Origin: an uncultured Enterobacteriaceae bacterium
Lineage (GTDB): Bacteria > Pseudomonadota > Gammaproteobacteria > Enterobacterales > Enterobacteriaceae
Assembly: GCA_947631255.1 (NCBI GenBank)
Contig: CANRKT010000008.1
Span: 2,958-66,957 of the forward strand
Direction of reading: 5' to 3'
Length of the DNA: 64,000 bases
Shown: one piece after another, positions 19,687-29,354 of the stretch
How positions within the stretch are numbered: the stretch's first letter is position 1
Layout of the letters: the number at the start of each line of letters is the position of its first letter
The notes under the pieces: model-generated
Told to the model about the DNA's origin: nothing
The model's database searches: none
The model's input: the letters and a program-made list of their open reading frames with translations, nothing else
Program-made: the position numbers and the translations under genes

Positions 19687-20234
19687 TTTGTAAGCCTTTT
19701 GTTTTTGTGCGTCACGGCGAGACTCCCTTAAATCGTGATAAGTTAATCGGCGGTAGTACCGATGTTCCGCTGACGGATACCGGCAGGCGGCAGGCAGAGG
19801 CCGCGCAACCTTTACTGGCACGTTTTCACTGGAGTGGTATCGGCGTTAGCTCATTACTGCGTGCTCAGCAAACGGCTCAACTGGCGGTGCCTGGCGGTAT
19901 TTACACCACCCTCGATGGGCTGCGTGAACGTGACTGGGGCAACTTAGAAGGTTTGCCTGGAGCGGCGATGACTCCTTATGAAGAAACGCCCCCGGGAGGA
20001 GAAAGCTGGGATACCTTTCTTGGCAGAGTCACGACAGCGGTTAATTCGCTATTGAGTGAGTTTGAGTGTCCATTAATCGTTGCGCATTCAGGCGTTTTCC
20101 GCGTACTGAACTATTACGCTTTTGGTTCTCCTTACGGTAACCGTATTGGTAATGTCGAGCCGATGTGGATATTACCCGGAAAAATTCCAGAGGAGTGGCG
20201 TATTATGCCGTTGGAACAGCGGGATAACCTCTAG
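19677..20234 (+). CDS. Histidine phosphatase superfamily protein
   Basis: FVRHGET..N, LRERDWG, VAHSG. Confidence 0.92.
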   Translation: MSIICKPFVFVRHGETPLNRDKLIGGSTDVPLTDTGRRQAEAAQPLLARFHWSGIGVSSLLRAQQTAQLAVPGGIYTTLDGLRERDWGNLEGLPGAAMTPYEETPPGGESWDTFLGRVTTAVNSLLSEFECPLIVAHSGVFRVLNYYAFGSPYGNRIGNVEPMWILPGKIPEEWRIMPLEQRDNL

Positions 20235-20285
20235 TCATATTTGAACAGCCCTGCACAGGAAAAGATGGTGGAGACATTTACCGAT

Positions 20286-20559
20286 TAAGCGCGTAAAGCC
20301 TCACCCAATACGTGCGGGGATATAAGCGTGCGGTTGATGAAACTGATATGTGTAAAACATGAAGCATGCATATCAATACCGTTTTTATCCGACATCTGAA
20401 CAGGCTGAGCTTCTGGCTCAGACGTTCAGCTGTGTGCGCTTTGTCTATAGCTCCTCCTTCACGTCTACCAATGCCTACAACGAAAGACAGGAGAAACTCC
20501 CCTATGCGACATCAGATAAAAAACTCATGTCCTTAAAACAGCAGCCGGTGTTCGTCTAA
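20286..20559 (+). mobile_element. tnpB: Truncated IS200/IS605-family (IS1341-type) element: left end plus first 66 codons of tnpB
   Basis: MKHAYQYRFYPTSEQAELLAQTFSCVRFVY is the TnpB N-terminal HTH. It is preceded by GCGTAAAGCCTCACC...GCGGGGATATAAGCG, resembling a decayed left-end hairpin. No RuvC domain follows. Confidence 0.8.
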
Positions 20560-20578
20560 AAAACGTCCTCTTTCAGAA

Positions 20579-20624
20579 AATGTTATTTGATAACATTAAT
20601 AATCGCATGTTATAACATAACAAT
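20579..20624. promoter_or_regulatory. Two tandem Zur boxes
   Basis: AATGTTAT-TTG-ATAACATT (20579-20597) and CATGTTAT-AAC-ATAACAAT (20606-20624), directly before zinT. Confidence 0.8.
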
Positions 20625-20647
20625 CAGTAAAAAGAGGATCGTAAAGA

Positions 20648-21283
20648 ATGAAAAAAACAGTACTGGCTCTGGGAATGTCTCTTCTGCTGTCATCGGTACA
20701 GGCATTTGCTCATGGCGACCACGGTAAACCGCTATCTGAAGTTGAACGTAAAGCCAGTGAAGGCATATTTGATGATAAGTCTGTGCAAGATCGTAAACTT
20801 TCTGACTGGGATGGCGTCTGGCAGACAGTATATGGTTATTTGCAAGATGGTAGTTTAGATCCGGTGCTGGAGAAAAAAGCGAAACAGGGTCAGAAAAGCG
20901 TTGCTGAGTACCGTGCTTATTACGAGAAAGGCTATGCCAGTAATGTTGATATGATAGGTATTGAAAATAATGTGATGGAGTTTCATATCGGTAAGGAAAC
21001 CAGTTCATGCAAATATGATTATCAAGGCTATAAAATTTTACATTATCCATCAGGAAAGAAAGGGGTTCGCTACCTTTTCACATGTACAGATAAACAATCA
21101 GTCGCACCAAAGTATGTGCAGTTTAGCGATCATACTATCGCCCCACGCCAGTCACGGCACTACCATATTTATATGGGGAATGAGTCCCAGGAAGCGCTGT
21201 TAAAAGAGATGGATAACTGGCCAACATTCTATCCTTACAACCTGACGAAAGAACAGGTTGTCGATGAAATGCTGCACCATTAA
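20648..21283 (+). CDS. zinT: Periplasmic zinc-binding protein ZinT (YodA)
   Basis: Signal peptide, [33 protein letters not shown]. Confidence 0.95.
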   Translation: MKKTVLALGMSLLLSSVQAFAHGDHGKPLSEVERKASEGIFDDKSVQDRKLSDWDGVWQTVYGYLQDGSLDPVLEKKAKQGQKSVAEYRAYYEKGYASNVDMIGIENNVMEFHIGKETSSCKYDYQGYKILHYPSGKKGVRYLFTCTDKQSVAPKYVQFSDHTIAPRQSRHYHIYMGNESQEALLKEMDNWPTFYPYNLTKEQVVDEMLHH

Positions 21284-21293
21284 TGATTTTTCA

Positions 21294-21322
21294 CGTTGCT
21301 GAGTGTTATCCACTCAGCAACG
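21294..21322. terminator. Hairpin between convergent zinT and dcuR
   Basis: CGTTGCTGAGTG-TTATC-CACTCAGCAACG, perfect 12-bp stem. Confidence 0.65.
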
Positions 21323-21335
21323 CTAATGCCCGTTT

Positions 21336-22055
21336 TTACTGGCAGAACTGTTTCAGTAAACCTGCATGTTCAAGCTGCAGGCGATAACGATAGACTGGGC
21401 GTCCAGCGGCACCGTAGTGAATACGGGTATAAAGAATATTAATCTTATCAAGCCAGATAAGGTATTTACGGCAGGACACACGTGAGATATTTACCGATCC
21501 CGCCAGCTCATCAGTAGAAAATTCCTCATGTTGATTTTCATCAATCCACCGACTAATGGTACGCAATGTTTGCAGTGTAAGACCTTTTGGCAGCCGATGT
21601 TGACCGACCGCTGCGGGATAACTCCCATGCAGTAATCGGTCAACATCGGCTTGCTGGTAATGCTTCTGGGCACCGATTAGCGCGCGTTTATCACGCCAGA
21701 GGGTCAGTGCTTCTTCAAAGCGCGCAAACTGAAAGGGTTTAATCAGATAATCCACTACACCATAGTGCAGCGACTTCTGAATAGTGCCAAAATCAGATGC
21801 AGAAGAAATCACAATCACATCAATCGTTTTATTATTTTCTCGTAATGTTGGAAGCAGAGACAAGCCGTTATCTTGCTGCATATAGACATCTAACAGAATC
21901 AAATCTATCTTTTGCTCGGGATCGTTAATATAGGCAAGCGCTTGCTTGAGGGTTGAGGCCGAGCCACAGCAGGTGAATCCTGGGATCTGGCAGATATAAG
22001 CGCGGTTGAGTTCTGCCACCATGGCGTCATCATCAATCACTAAGACATTAATCAT
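21336..22055 (-). CDS. dcuR: Response regulator DcuR (CitB family)
   Basis: MINVLVIDDDAMVAELN, LILLDVYMQ, DYLIKPFQ, LPKGLT, VSCRKYL. Confidence 0.88.
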   Translation of the reverse strand: MINVLVIDDDAMVAELNRAYICQIPGFTCCGSASTLKQALAYINDPEQKIDLILLDVYMQQDNGLSLLPTLRENNKTIDVIVISSASDFGTIQKSLHYGVVDYLIKPFQFARFEEALTLWRDKRALIGAQKHYQQADVDRLLHGSYPAAVGQHRLPKGLTLQTLRTISRWIDENQHEEFSTDELAGSVNISRVSCRKYLIWLDKINILYTRIHYGAAGRPVYRYRLQLEHAGLLKQFCQ

Positions 22056-23668
22056 CTGTTTTTCCTTTCACTGTCCCAGGGAAGCGTGAGAGTAAATTGG
22101 GTGAGGTGACCGGGGACGGATTCAACCTGAATGTTACCCTGACCGTTTTCAATTTGTTGCTTTACCAGATAGAGCCCGACACCATGCTGTTCTCCTTTAG
22201 TGGAGAAACCTTTTTCAAAGATTAACGCGTGGATCTCAGGTTCTATGCCCGGACCATTATCACTGACGACGGCAGTTAGCCTCCCCTGATGATAATGAAG
22301 AAAGAGCTCTATTTCCCCTTCTGGCTTACCTTGCAAAGCATCAATCGCATTTTCCAGGAGGTTTCCAAGAGCGGTTATAAGGATCATTGTCTGATGTTCA
22401 TTGGGGTTATCGGGCAGAAAAGACTCTTCATCCAGAGTTAACTGATGACCCGCTTCCAGCACCCGGCTTATTTTTCCAATCAAAAAACCAGCAACTACGG
22501 GGTGTCTGATTTTACTTTGCAGGGCACCGATTTCGACTTGATAGTTATTGGCGGTCTGTAAAATGTAGGTTTCCAGTTTGTCATAGCGTTTAAGTTGTAA
22601 CAGACCGAGGATCACATGCAGTTTATTCATAAACTCATGGGAGCGCTCACGCAGGGCATCAACATAATTGACCATGCCATTAACTTGCTGAGTCAGCTGG
22701 TTAATTTCGGTTTTATCACGGAAAGTACAAATCGCACCGATTTTCCGTTGGCGCGTATAAATAGGCATGACGTTGCACAGGAGCTGTTGCCCGGAAATGA
22801 TGATTTCCCGATCTTCAATGGCGTTACCGCTTTCCAGTACTTCAGTAAGCGTCGCTATCACCGTTGAGGGAGCAACATTATTATTGGCGCTAAAATCTTC
22901 AGGTGAGAGTAAGACTTTACGTGCAGTCTGATTCATCAAAGTAATATTACCTTGCTGGTCAATCGCAATAATGCCTTCCTTCACCGATTGTAGCATTGCC
23001 TGGCGTTGCTCAAAGAGCATCGAAATTTCGTAAGGTTCGAAACCGAACAGAATACGCTTCAGGGTATAAATCAGCAACGCACAACCGATAGTACCAACCA
23101 GAGCACTAAATAACACACCCCAGAGCATATTCCAGCGGCTGTGGTTAATTTGTTCATCTACTTTACTGAGTGAAATACCCACAATGACCACACCAATTTG
23201 TTCAGAATGGATATTATAAACCGGGGTGAAAACACGTAACGACGTCACCAGGTTGCCGCGGTTGATACCCACAGACTCTTTTCCTTGTAATGCGGGTTCA
23301 AGATCGTCGCCAATAAAATGGGCGCCAATATGCTGTGGATTTGGATGTGAGTAACGGATGCCGTTCATATCGGTGACCACGACAAACAGCAAATGATTGC
23401 GTTCTTTTACCTGTTCCGCGAGAGGGGCAATTACCTTACTGCCTTCGGGAGAGGCGAGCCCTTGTTTAATCACAGGCATATCAGCCAGCGTTCTGGCAAC
23501 GGCCAGACCCGTATCTTTTATACTACTGCGCGTGAGGTGGCTGATTTGCAGGGCGTAGAGTAAATAAACGACAAACAGCACGGAGCCGATAACACCGCAG
23601 AGCATCAGGATAACGGAACTGCTTAATTTTAGAGGGGGCCTCTCTTTTGGTTTCCTGAAGTCTGTCAT
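22052..23668 (-). CDS. dcuS: Sensor kinase DcuS (CitA family)
   Basis: FVVVTDMNGIRYSHP periplasmic sensor, SHEFMNKLHVI H-box, GFSTKG. Confidence 0.88.
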   Translation of the reverse strand: MTDFRKPKERPPLKLSSSVILMLCGVIGSVLFVVYLLYALQISHLTRSSIKDTGLAVARTLADMPVIKQGLASPEGSKVIAPLAEQVKERNHLLFVVVTDMNGIRYSHPNPQHIGAHFIGDDLEPALQGKESVGINRGNLVTSLRVFTPVYNIHSEQIGVVIVGISLSKVDEQINHSRWNMLWGVLFSALVGTIGCALLIYTLKRILFGFEPYEISMLFEQRQAMLQSVKEGIIAIDQQGNITLMNQTARKVLLSPEDFSANNNVAPSTVIATLTEVLESGNAIEDREIIISGQQLLCNVMPIYTRQRKIGAICTFRDKTEINQLTQQVNGMVNYVDALRERSHEFMNKLHVILGLLQLKRYDKLETYILQTANNYQVEIGALQSKIRHPVVAGFLIGKISRVLEAGHQLTLDEESFLPDNPNEHQTMILITALGNLLENAIDALQGKPEGEIELFLHYHQGRLTAVVSDNGPGIEPEIHALIFEKGFSTKGEQHGVGLYLVKQQIENGQGNIQVESVPGHLTQFTLTLPWDSERKNR

Positions 23669-23828
23669 AGATATCCTGGGTAAAACAAAGAAGCATTATC
23701 ACCTAAGTACTTTTTTGATTAAAGCGACATCCTCCTTTGCCCGCAGGGCTCTGTTTAACCCTTGCTTGCCACACTTTGCCGCAAGTGTTAAAAGGTGCGC
23801 ATTATATAAAAGACAAAGGAGAAGGACG

Positions 23829-25202
23829 TTGAAAAATACGTCAAGTGCATCCGGCGATATCTCTGCATCAGAGATCCCAGAGCTAAAACGCGGTCTGCTG
23901 AATCGGCATATTCAACTTATTGCGTTGGGTGGAGCCATTGGCACGGGATTATTCCTCGGAATTGGCCCGGCAATACAGATGGCCGGACCGGCAGTTCTGC
24001 TGGGATACGGGATCGCGGGTATTATTGCTTTCCTGATCATGCGTCAGCTTGGTGAAATGGTGGTTGAAGAGCCTGTTTCAGGCTCATTTGCCCATTTTGC
24101 CTATAAGTACTGGGGACCCTTTGCAGGGTTTCTTTCCGGCTGGAACTATTGGGTGATGTTTGTGCTGGTCGGTATGGCAGAGCTGACCGCTGGCGGCATT
24201 TATATGCAGTACTGGTTCCCGGATATTCCAACCTGGTGCTGGGTGGCGCTCTTTTTCATCATTATCAACGCTGCCAATCTGGTCAATGTGCGGCTGTACG
24301 GTGAAATGGAGTTTTGGTTTGCGCTAATCAAAGTACTGGCTATCATTGGTATGATAGGTTTCGGGATCTGGCTGCTGACTTCAGGTCACGGTGGTGAACG
24401 TACTGGCGTGTCTAACCTTTGGCAATACGGCGGTTTTTTCGCAACCGGCTGGCAGGGACTCATACTGTCACTGGCAGTGATAATGTTCTCTTTTGGTGGC
24501 CTGGAGCTGATAGGTATTACGGCTGCTGAAGCACGTTCGCCAGAAACGACTATCCCTAAAGCAGTAAACCAGGTTGTATACCGTATTTTGATATTTTATA
24601 TCGGTTCTCTGGTGGTGCTACTGTCACTTTATCCCTGGCTGGAGATTAAGTCGAACAGCAGCCCATTTGTGATGATCTTCCATGAAATGGACAGTAATAT
24701 CGTTGCTTCTTCGCTGAACTTTGTCATTCTGGTGGCTTCGCTGTCGGTATATAACAGCGGTGTTTATTCCAACAGTCGTATGTTATTTGGTTTATCGGTG
24801 CAACATAATGCGCCGAAGTTCCTTGCTACTGTTAACCGTCGTGGTGTGCCAGTTCATTCATTATTCTTGTCAGCCGCAATAACCTCATTGGTCGTGCTGC
24901 TTAACTACTTGCTGCCTCATGAGGCATTCGGGTTGTTAATGGCATTGGTGGTCGCCACGCTGTTGCTCAACTGGATAATGATCTCCCTGGCCCACCTGAA
25001 GTTTCGCAAATCGATGCGCCTTCAGGGTAAAGAGACCCACTTTAAGGCTCTGTTTTATCCTTTTGGCAATTATCTGTGTATTGCATTTATGGTCATGATC
25101 CTTGGCCTGATGTGTACTATGGATGAGATGCGTTTATCGGCGATGTTACTGCCTGTATGGATAGTTTTCTTATATGGTGCGTTTAAATTGTTTCGTCGTT
25201 AA
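23829..25202 (+). CDS. pheP: Phenylalanine permease
   Basis: NRHIQLIALGGAIGTGLFLGIGPAIQMAGPAV; probable TTG start at 23829 after AGGAG/GAAGGA. Confidence 0.88.
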   Translation: MKNTSSASGDISASEIPELKRGLLNRHIQLIALGGAIGTGLFLGIGPAIQMAGPAVLLGYGIAGIIAFLIMRQLGEMVVEEPVSGSFAHFAYKYWGPFAGFLSGWNYWVMFVLVGMAELTAGGIYMQYWFPDIPTWCWVALFFIIINAANLVNVRLYGEMEFWFALIKVLAIIGMIGFGIWLLTSGHGGERTGVSNLWQYGGFFATGWQGLILSLAVIMFSFGGLELIGITAAEARSPETTIPKAVNQVVYRILIFYIGSLVVLLSLYPWLEIKSNSSPFVMIFHEMDSNIVASSLNFVILVASLSVYNSGVYSNSRMLFGLSVQHNAPKFLATVNRRGVPVHSLFLSAAITSLVVLLNYLLPHEAFGLLMALVVATLLLNWIMISLAHLKFRKSMRLQGKETHFKALFYPFGNYLCIAFMVMILGLMCTMDEMRLSAMLLPVWIVFLYGAFKLFRR

Positions 25203-25311
25203 GTTTATCCACTGACATTCTTACGGGGTTTTATTTTCGCAGTATCCGGTAAGATGGATAGCACTAATGATCTTATCTTGCCGAGAGTGGCAGGTGCGTT
25301 AAAAGGAAGAG

Positions 25312-26223
25312 ATGATGAACGGAAACCGGAAAGGTATGTTGTATGTATTACTGTCTGCTGTGATGTGGGGCAGTTCTGGTGTCTGTGCGCAATATATTAT
25401 GGAAGTCAGCCACATCTCTTCATCTTCATTGACGATGCTACGCTTATTGTTTTCCGGTTTGATTTTACTGACGCTATCGGTAACCCATGGTGATAAAATT
25501 TTTGCTGTTTTTAAAGAGCGCGAAAGTATTATCTCGTTGTTACTGTTCACTCTGTTCGGAGCAATGGCTGTTCAGCTGACTTTTTTACTGACCATCGAAA
25601 AATCGAATGCAGCAACAGCGACGGTATTACAGTTTCTTTCACCGACAATCATTGTCGCCTGGTCTGCACTGGTCAAAAAGAAACGTACGGGGAAACTGGT
25701 CTTCGCGGCTATTGGTGCCTCGCTGTTAGGGACTTTTCTGCTGGTGACTCACGGTAATCCGCTCTCGCTGAGTATCTCTGGTAGTGCATTATTCTGGGGT
25801 ATAGCCTCTGCTTTTGCCGCCGCATTCTATACCACCTATCCTTCCCGGCTTATTAGCCGCTTTGGTACTTTACCGATAGTTGGCTGGAGCATGCTACTGG
25901 GGGGAATAATGCTGGCGCCTTTCTATGCAACACAGATAGGAAGCTTTACTGCCAGTGGAACCACATTAGTGGCTTTTTTCTATTTGGTGGTGGTGGGGAC
26001 GGCGATGACATTCAGTCTTTATCTGACTGGTGCTCAGATGATAGGTGGGCAGAAGGCCAGTATCCTGAGTTGTGCTGAGCCGTTAAGCAGCGCGCTGTTG
26101 TCCGTTCTGTTGTTGGGCATTACTTTCACATTACCGGACTGGCTGGGAGCATTATTTATTATCTCTTCAGTACTGTTAATTGCGCTGGATTCCCGGGGGC
26201 GACTGCATAGCCAGCAGCGCTAG
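25312..26223 (+). CDS. yicL: EamA/DMT family transporter
   Basis: [33 protein letters not shown]. Confidence 0.85.
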   Translation: MMNGNRKGMLYVLLSAVMWGSSGVCAQYIMEVSHISSSSLTMLRLLFSGLILLTLSVTHGDKIFAVFKERESIISLLLFTLFGAMAVQLTFLLTIEKSNAATATVLQFLSPTIIVAWSALVKKKRTGKLVFAAIGASLLGTFLLVTHGNPLSLSISGSALFWGIASAFAAAFYTTYPSRLISRFGTLPIVGWSMLLGGIMLAPFYATQIGSFTASGTTLVAFFYLVVVGTAMTFSLYLTGAQMIGGQKASILSCAEPLSSALLSVLLLGITFTLPDWLGALFIISSVLLIALDSRGRLHSQQR

Positions 26224-26377
26224 TTTTTTAAACTCCCCCGGTTGATTGCAGGAAGAGAATTTCGGTTAAAATAGAGAAGTTAGTGCATTATCGAAGCCGT
26301 GATGTATATCGATAAAAAACGCCGCAAAAGAGAAGCGGCGTTAAAGTCATAGCAGATAGTCTAACCCGTCTGTATAA

Positions 26378-27550
26378 CTATGAGGTGGGGGTATTCTGGA
26401 CCAGCGGTGTTTCAATCTGATAACCACTCAGCTCAGAGACTAAGTCGTTAACACCATCGCTCATGTTCACGAAACGGGTGAGCGGTGAACGGGTGACAAC
26501 GACAAAAACACCGACATTACTTTGTGGTACCATGGCCATATAGGTAATAAATCCGCCAGCACCACCGGTTTTTTGAATAATACCCGGACGTCCGTTTTGT
26601 GGCTGCATATAGACCCAACCTAAACCTAAGGCATCGGCTTTGCCGGGGACATCCATACCTATTACTTTTGTCAACTGATTACGTTGATAGATAAGGGATT
26701 GCATTCTGTCAGCTTGCGGTGTCCGCTGATAAAAATCAGAGGAGAGATACTGCTGCATCCAGCGCATCATATCGCTGGGTGTGGAGTAGACGCCGCCGCT
26801 ACCAATGGCAGCCAGCGCATTATTACAGGGGCTTGCGCCTCTTTCAGCGACCATTAAACGCTTACACTGATCGGGTGAAGGGGTGTAGGTGGTATCTTTC
26901 ATACCGAGTGGGCGCACAATGTTTTCGCGGAAGAGTTCTGTATAGGGCCTGCCTGACGCTTGTGAAAGGGCATCAGCGAGCAAATCGAAAGCCAGATTAG
27001 AATAGGCTGCCACGGTACCCGGTATGGAGGATAATTCAGCTTGCGATAACCAGTCCCAGCGCTGCTTATAAGTCGGCCAGGTAAATACCGGACGATTCGC
27101 CACACCACCCGGTTGCTCCCGGGGTAATGCACTGGTGTGGGTTGCCAGATTGATAAGCGTAATAGGCTGGCCATTAAAATGGGGGATCCGAGCGCCTGTT
27201 GGAGCGTATTTATTCAAGGGATCATCAAGCTTGACTGTACCGTTATCGAATAGCTTTACCAGCATTTCACTGGTCATCAGTTTCGTAATAGAGGCAATAC
27301 GAATGACGGAATCAAGTTGGGGAAGTTGATTATTGCCCGGTCTTGTTTCGCCAAAACTACGAAAAACGCGTTGGTTTCCGTCAATCACCACCATCGCCAT
27401 ACCCGTAGCCTTACTACCGTAAAAAATATGATTTGCATACCGATCAACGACTTCAGCAGCATATTCTTCAGCAGGTGATGATTGCGCCACGCTGGTTCCA
27501 GAAAAAAAAACAGTGGCGAGCAAAAAAAGTCGTGAGAGGCGAGTTTTCAA
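26378..27550 (-). CDS. ampH: D-Ala-D-Ala carboxypeptidase/endopeptidase AmpH
   Basis: IASITK (SxxK), YSN, KTG motifs. Confidence 0.95.
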   Translation of the reverse strand: MKTRLSRLFLLATVFFSGTSVAQSSPAEEYAAEVVDRYANHIFYGSKATGMAMVVIDGNQRVFRSFGETRPGNNQLPQLDSVIRIASITKLMTSEMLVKLFDNGTVKLDDPLNKYAPTGARIPHFNGQPITLINLATHTSALPREQPGGVANRPVFTWPTYKQRWDWLSQAELSSIPGTVAAYSNLAFDLLADALSQASGRPYTELFRENIVRPLGMKDTTYTPSPDQCKRLMVAERGASPCNNALAAIGSGGVYSTPSDMMRWMQQYLSSDFYQRTPQADRMQSLIYQRNQLTKVIGMDVPGKADALGLGWVYMQPQNGRPGIIQKTGGAGGFITYMAMVPQSNVGVFVVVTRSPLTRFVNMSDGVNDLVSELSGYQIETPLVQNTPTS

Positions 27551-27951
27551 GGCACCGAATCCAATTAATAAAATTAATCTATTGTAGCTATTTAACCCTG
27601 CTGAGCCTGTTTATGCAAAGCCGTAATACTGGGATTGAGAGAAGGAAAGCATAACTTTACCTTACCTCACCAGCATAAAGTTAATAATTTTATAACTACA
27701 TGATAAACATTTACTTTTTAGATACATTTTTGAACTTATTTATAAGAAAAAGTACGGTATAATCAGTGGTGGTAAAAATATTCCTAACATAATATTCACG
27801 TTGGTTTTTAACAAAAAAAGGGTACTATCTGTGTAAGTTTTTATGCTGGTAAAATTGTTTACTGTAGTGAATTACAGAAAACTTATGTGTACCGCTAATG
27901 ATTTAATTCTTTATGCGATACAAAACTTGTCGCGTAAATGAGTAAAAAAAC

Positions 27952-28884
27952 ATGTTTAATAATCACTTGTTTAAACAGGGATTGTTGCATCCTCGATACT
28001 GGCTTACTTGGTTTGGTGTCGGCGTGCTTTGGCTCTGGGTTCAGCTACCTTATCCCTTATTGATGAAAATGGGGGACTGGTTAGGTCGATTTTCAATGCG
28101 TTTTCTGAAGCGTCGTGTATCGATTGCCCGGCAGAATCTTCAGTTATGTTTTCCCCATTATACCCAGGCACATATTGATCAGATAGTCCGTCAGAACTTT
28201 AGTTCTTTGGGGCGGGCACTGATTGAAACCGGAATGGGATGGTTCTGGTCCGATGCCAGGATACATAAGTGGTGTTCCGTGAGTGGTCTTGAACACCTTA
28301 TTGCTGCGGGAGCAAAAGGCAAAGGAGTTCTGGTGATTGGTGTCCATTTCATGACCCTTGAACTGGGGGGGCGTGTTATGGGTGTGAATCATCCGATGAT
28401 GGCGGTGTATCGACCACACAATAATAAAGTGATGGAGTTTATTCAGACTCGTGGTCGCTCTCGCTCTAATAAAGCGATGCTGGATCGCCGTAATCTCAGA
28501 GGTATCGTTAAGGCATTAAAGTCTAGCGAAGCGGTCTGGTTTGCTCCCGATCAGGACTATGGTCCAAAAGGTAGCTCTTTTGTTCCCTTTTTTGCAGTGG
28601 ATCAGGCTGCGACAACCAATGGGACATTCACTATTGCCCGACTGGCGAAACCGGCGATACTCACCACCGTATTGATTCGCAAACCTGGCGGAAAAGGTTA
28701 TGAGCTAGTGATTGAGCCTGAGCTTGACGACTATCCACTGACTGAGAACGATGAGCATCTCGCTGCTGCTTATATTAACCGTAAAATTGAGCAGGAAATT
28801 ATGCGGGCACCTGAACAGTATTTATGGCTGCATCGTCGCTTTAAAACGCGGCCGTATGGACAGAATAAGCTGTATTCAGGCTAA
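27952..28884 (+). CDS. lpxP: Lipid A late acyltransferase, LpxP (palmitoleoyl)-like
   Basis: LHPRYWLTWFGVGVLWLWVQLPYP, GVHFMTLE, APDQDYG, PEQYLWLHRRFKTRP; looks closer to LpxP than LpxL by recalled sequence. Confidence 0.78.
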   Translation: MFNNHLFKQGLLHPRYWLTWFGVGVLWLWVQLPYPLLMKMGDWLGRFSMRFLKRRVSIARQNLQLCFPHYTQAHIDQIVRQNFSSLGRALIETGMGWFWSDARIHKWCSVSGLEHLIAAGAKGKGVLVIGVHFMTLELGGRVMGVNHPMMAVYRPHNNKVMEFIQTRGRSRSNKAMLDRRNLRGIVKALKSSEAVWFAPDQDYGPKGSSFVPFFAVDQAATTNGTFTIARLAKPAILTTVLIRKPGGKGYELVIEPELDDYPLTENDEHLAAAYINRKIEQEIMRAPEQYLWLHRRFKTRPYGQNKLYSG

Positions 28885-28939
28885 CGGCGGATAAACCAGG
28901 TTATACCCGCAATCAAGTCTTAATCAATCTAACGATATC

Positions 28940-28968
28940 AGGAGAGAAGGAGACTTCTCTCCTTTTTT
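28940..28968 (+). terminator. Terminator after lpxP
   Basis: AGGAGAGAAG-GAGA-CTTCTCTCCT followed by Ts. Confidence 0.75.
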
Positions 28969-29354
28969 ACTGCCCATTTCAGGTAGCTGTATGATAAGTA
29001 ACCTGACAGGGCTGCTTTGGCAGAGTATCGATGATGAACTTTTATCGAAAAATGATATCAATATATTAGTTATGATTTTTTAACAAAATTGTGTTGTATT
29101 AATGTTATGTTTTTCATCAGAATAGGTTACTTCTGTACGGTCAAGACAACAGGCACGGCAACTGTTGCCAGAGAAATTGTTGATACTACGACTTCTGGTA
29201 ACCATTTGCAGCTATGATTAATTGATAAATTTCTACCTATAGATAATAGCACCCACGAGTCTTTTTTTTGAATCAGACTTTTAAGCCTGTTTGTGCTTGT
29301 TTTTTTTATTTGATGATTTGATATAAAAAAAAATATGTGTCCAGGAGTGAGTCA

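Noticed and set aside
29036-29061. Possible sigmaE promoter for sbmA (GAACTT-N15-TCAAT)
   Set aside because: Short spacer and ~300 bp from the start codon; too weak to call without TSS data.
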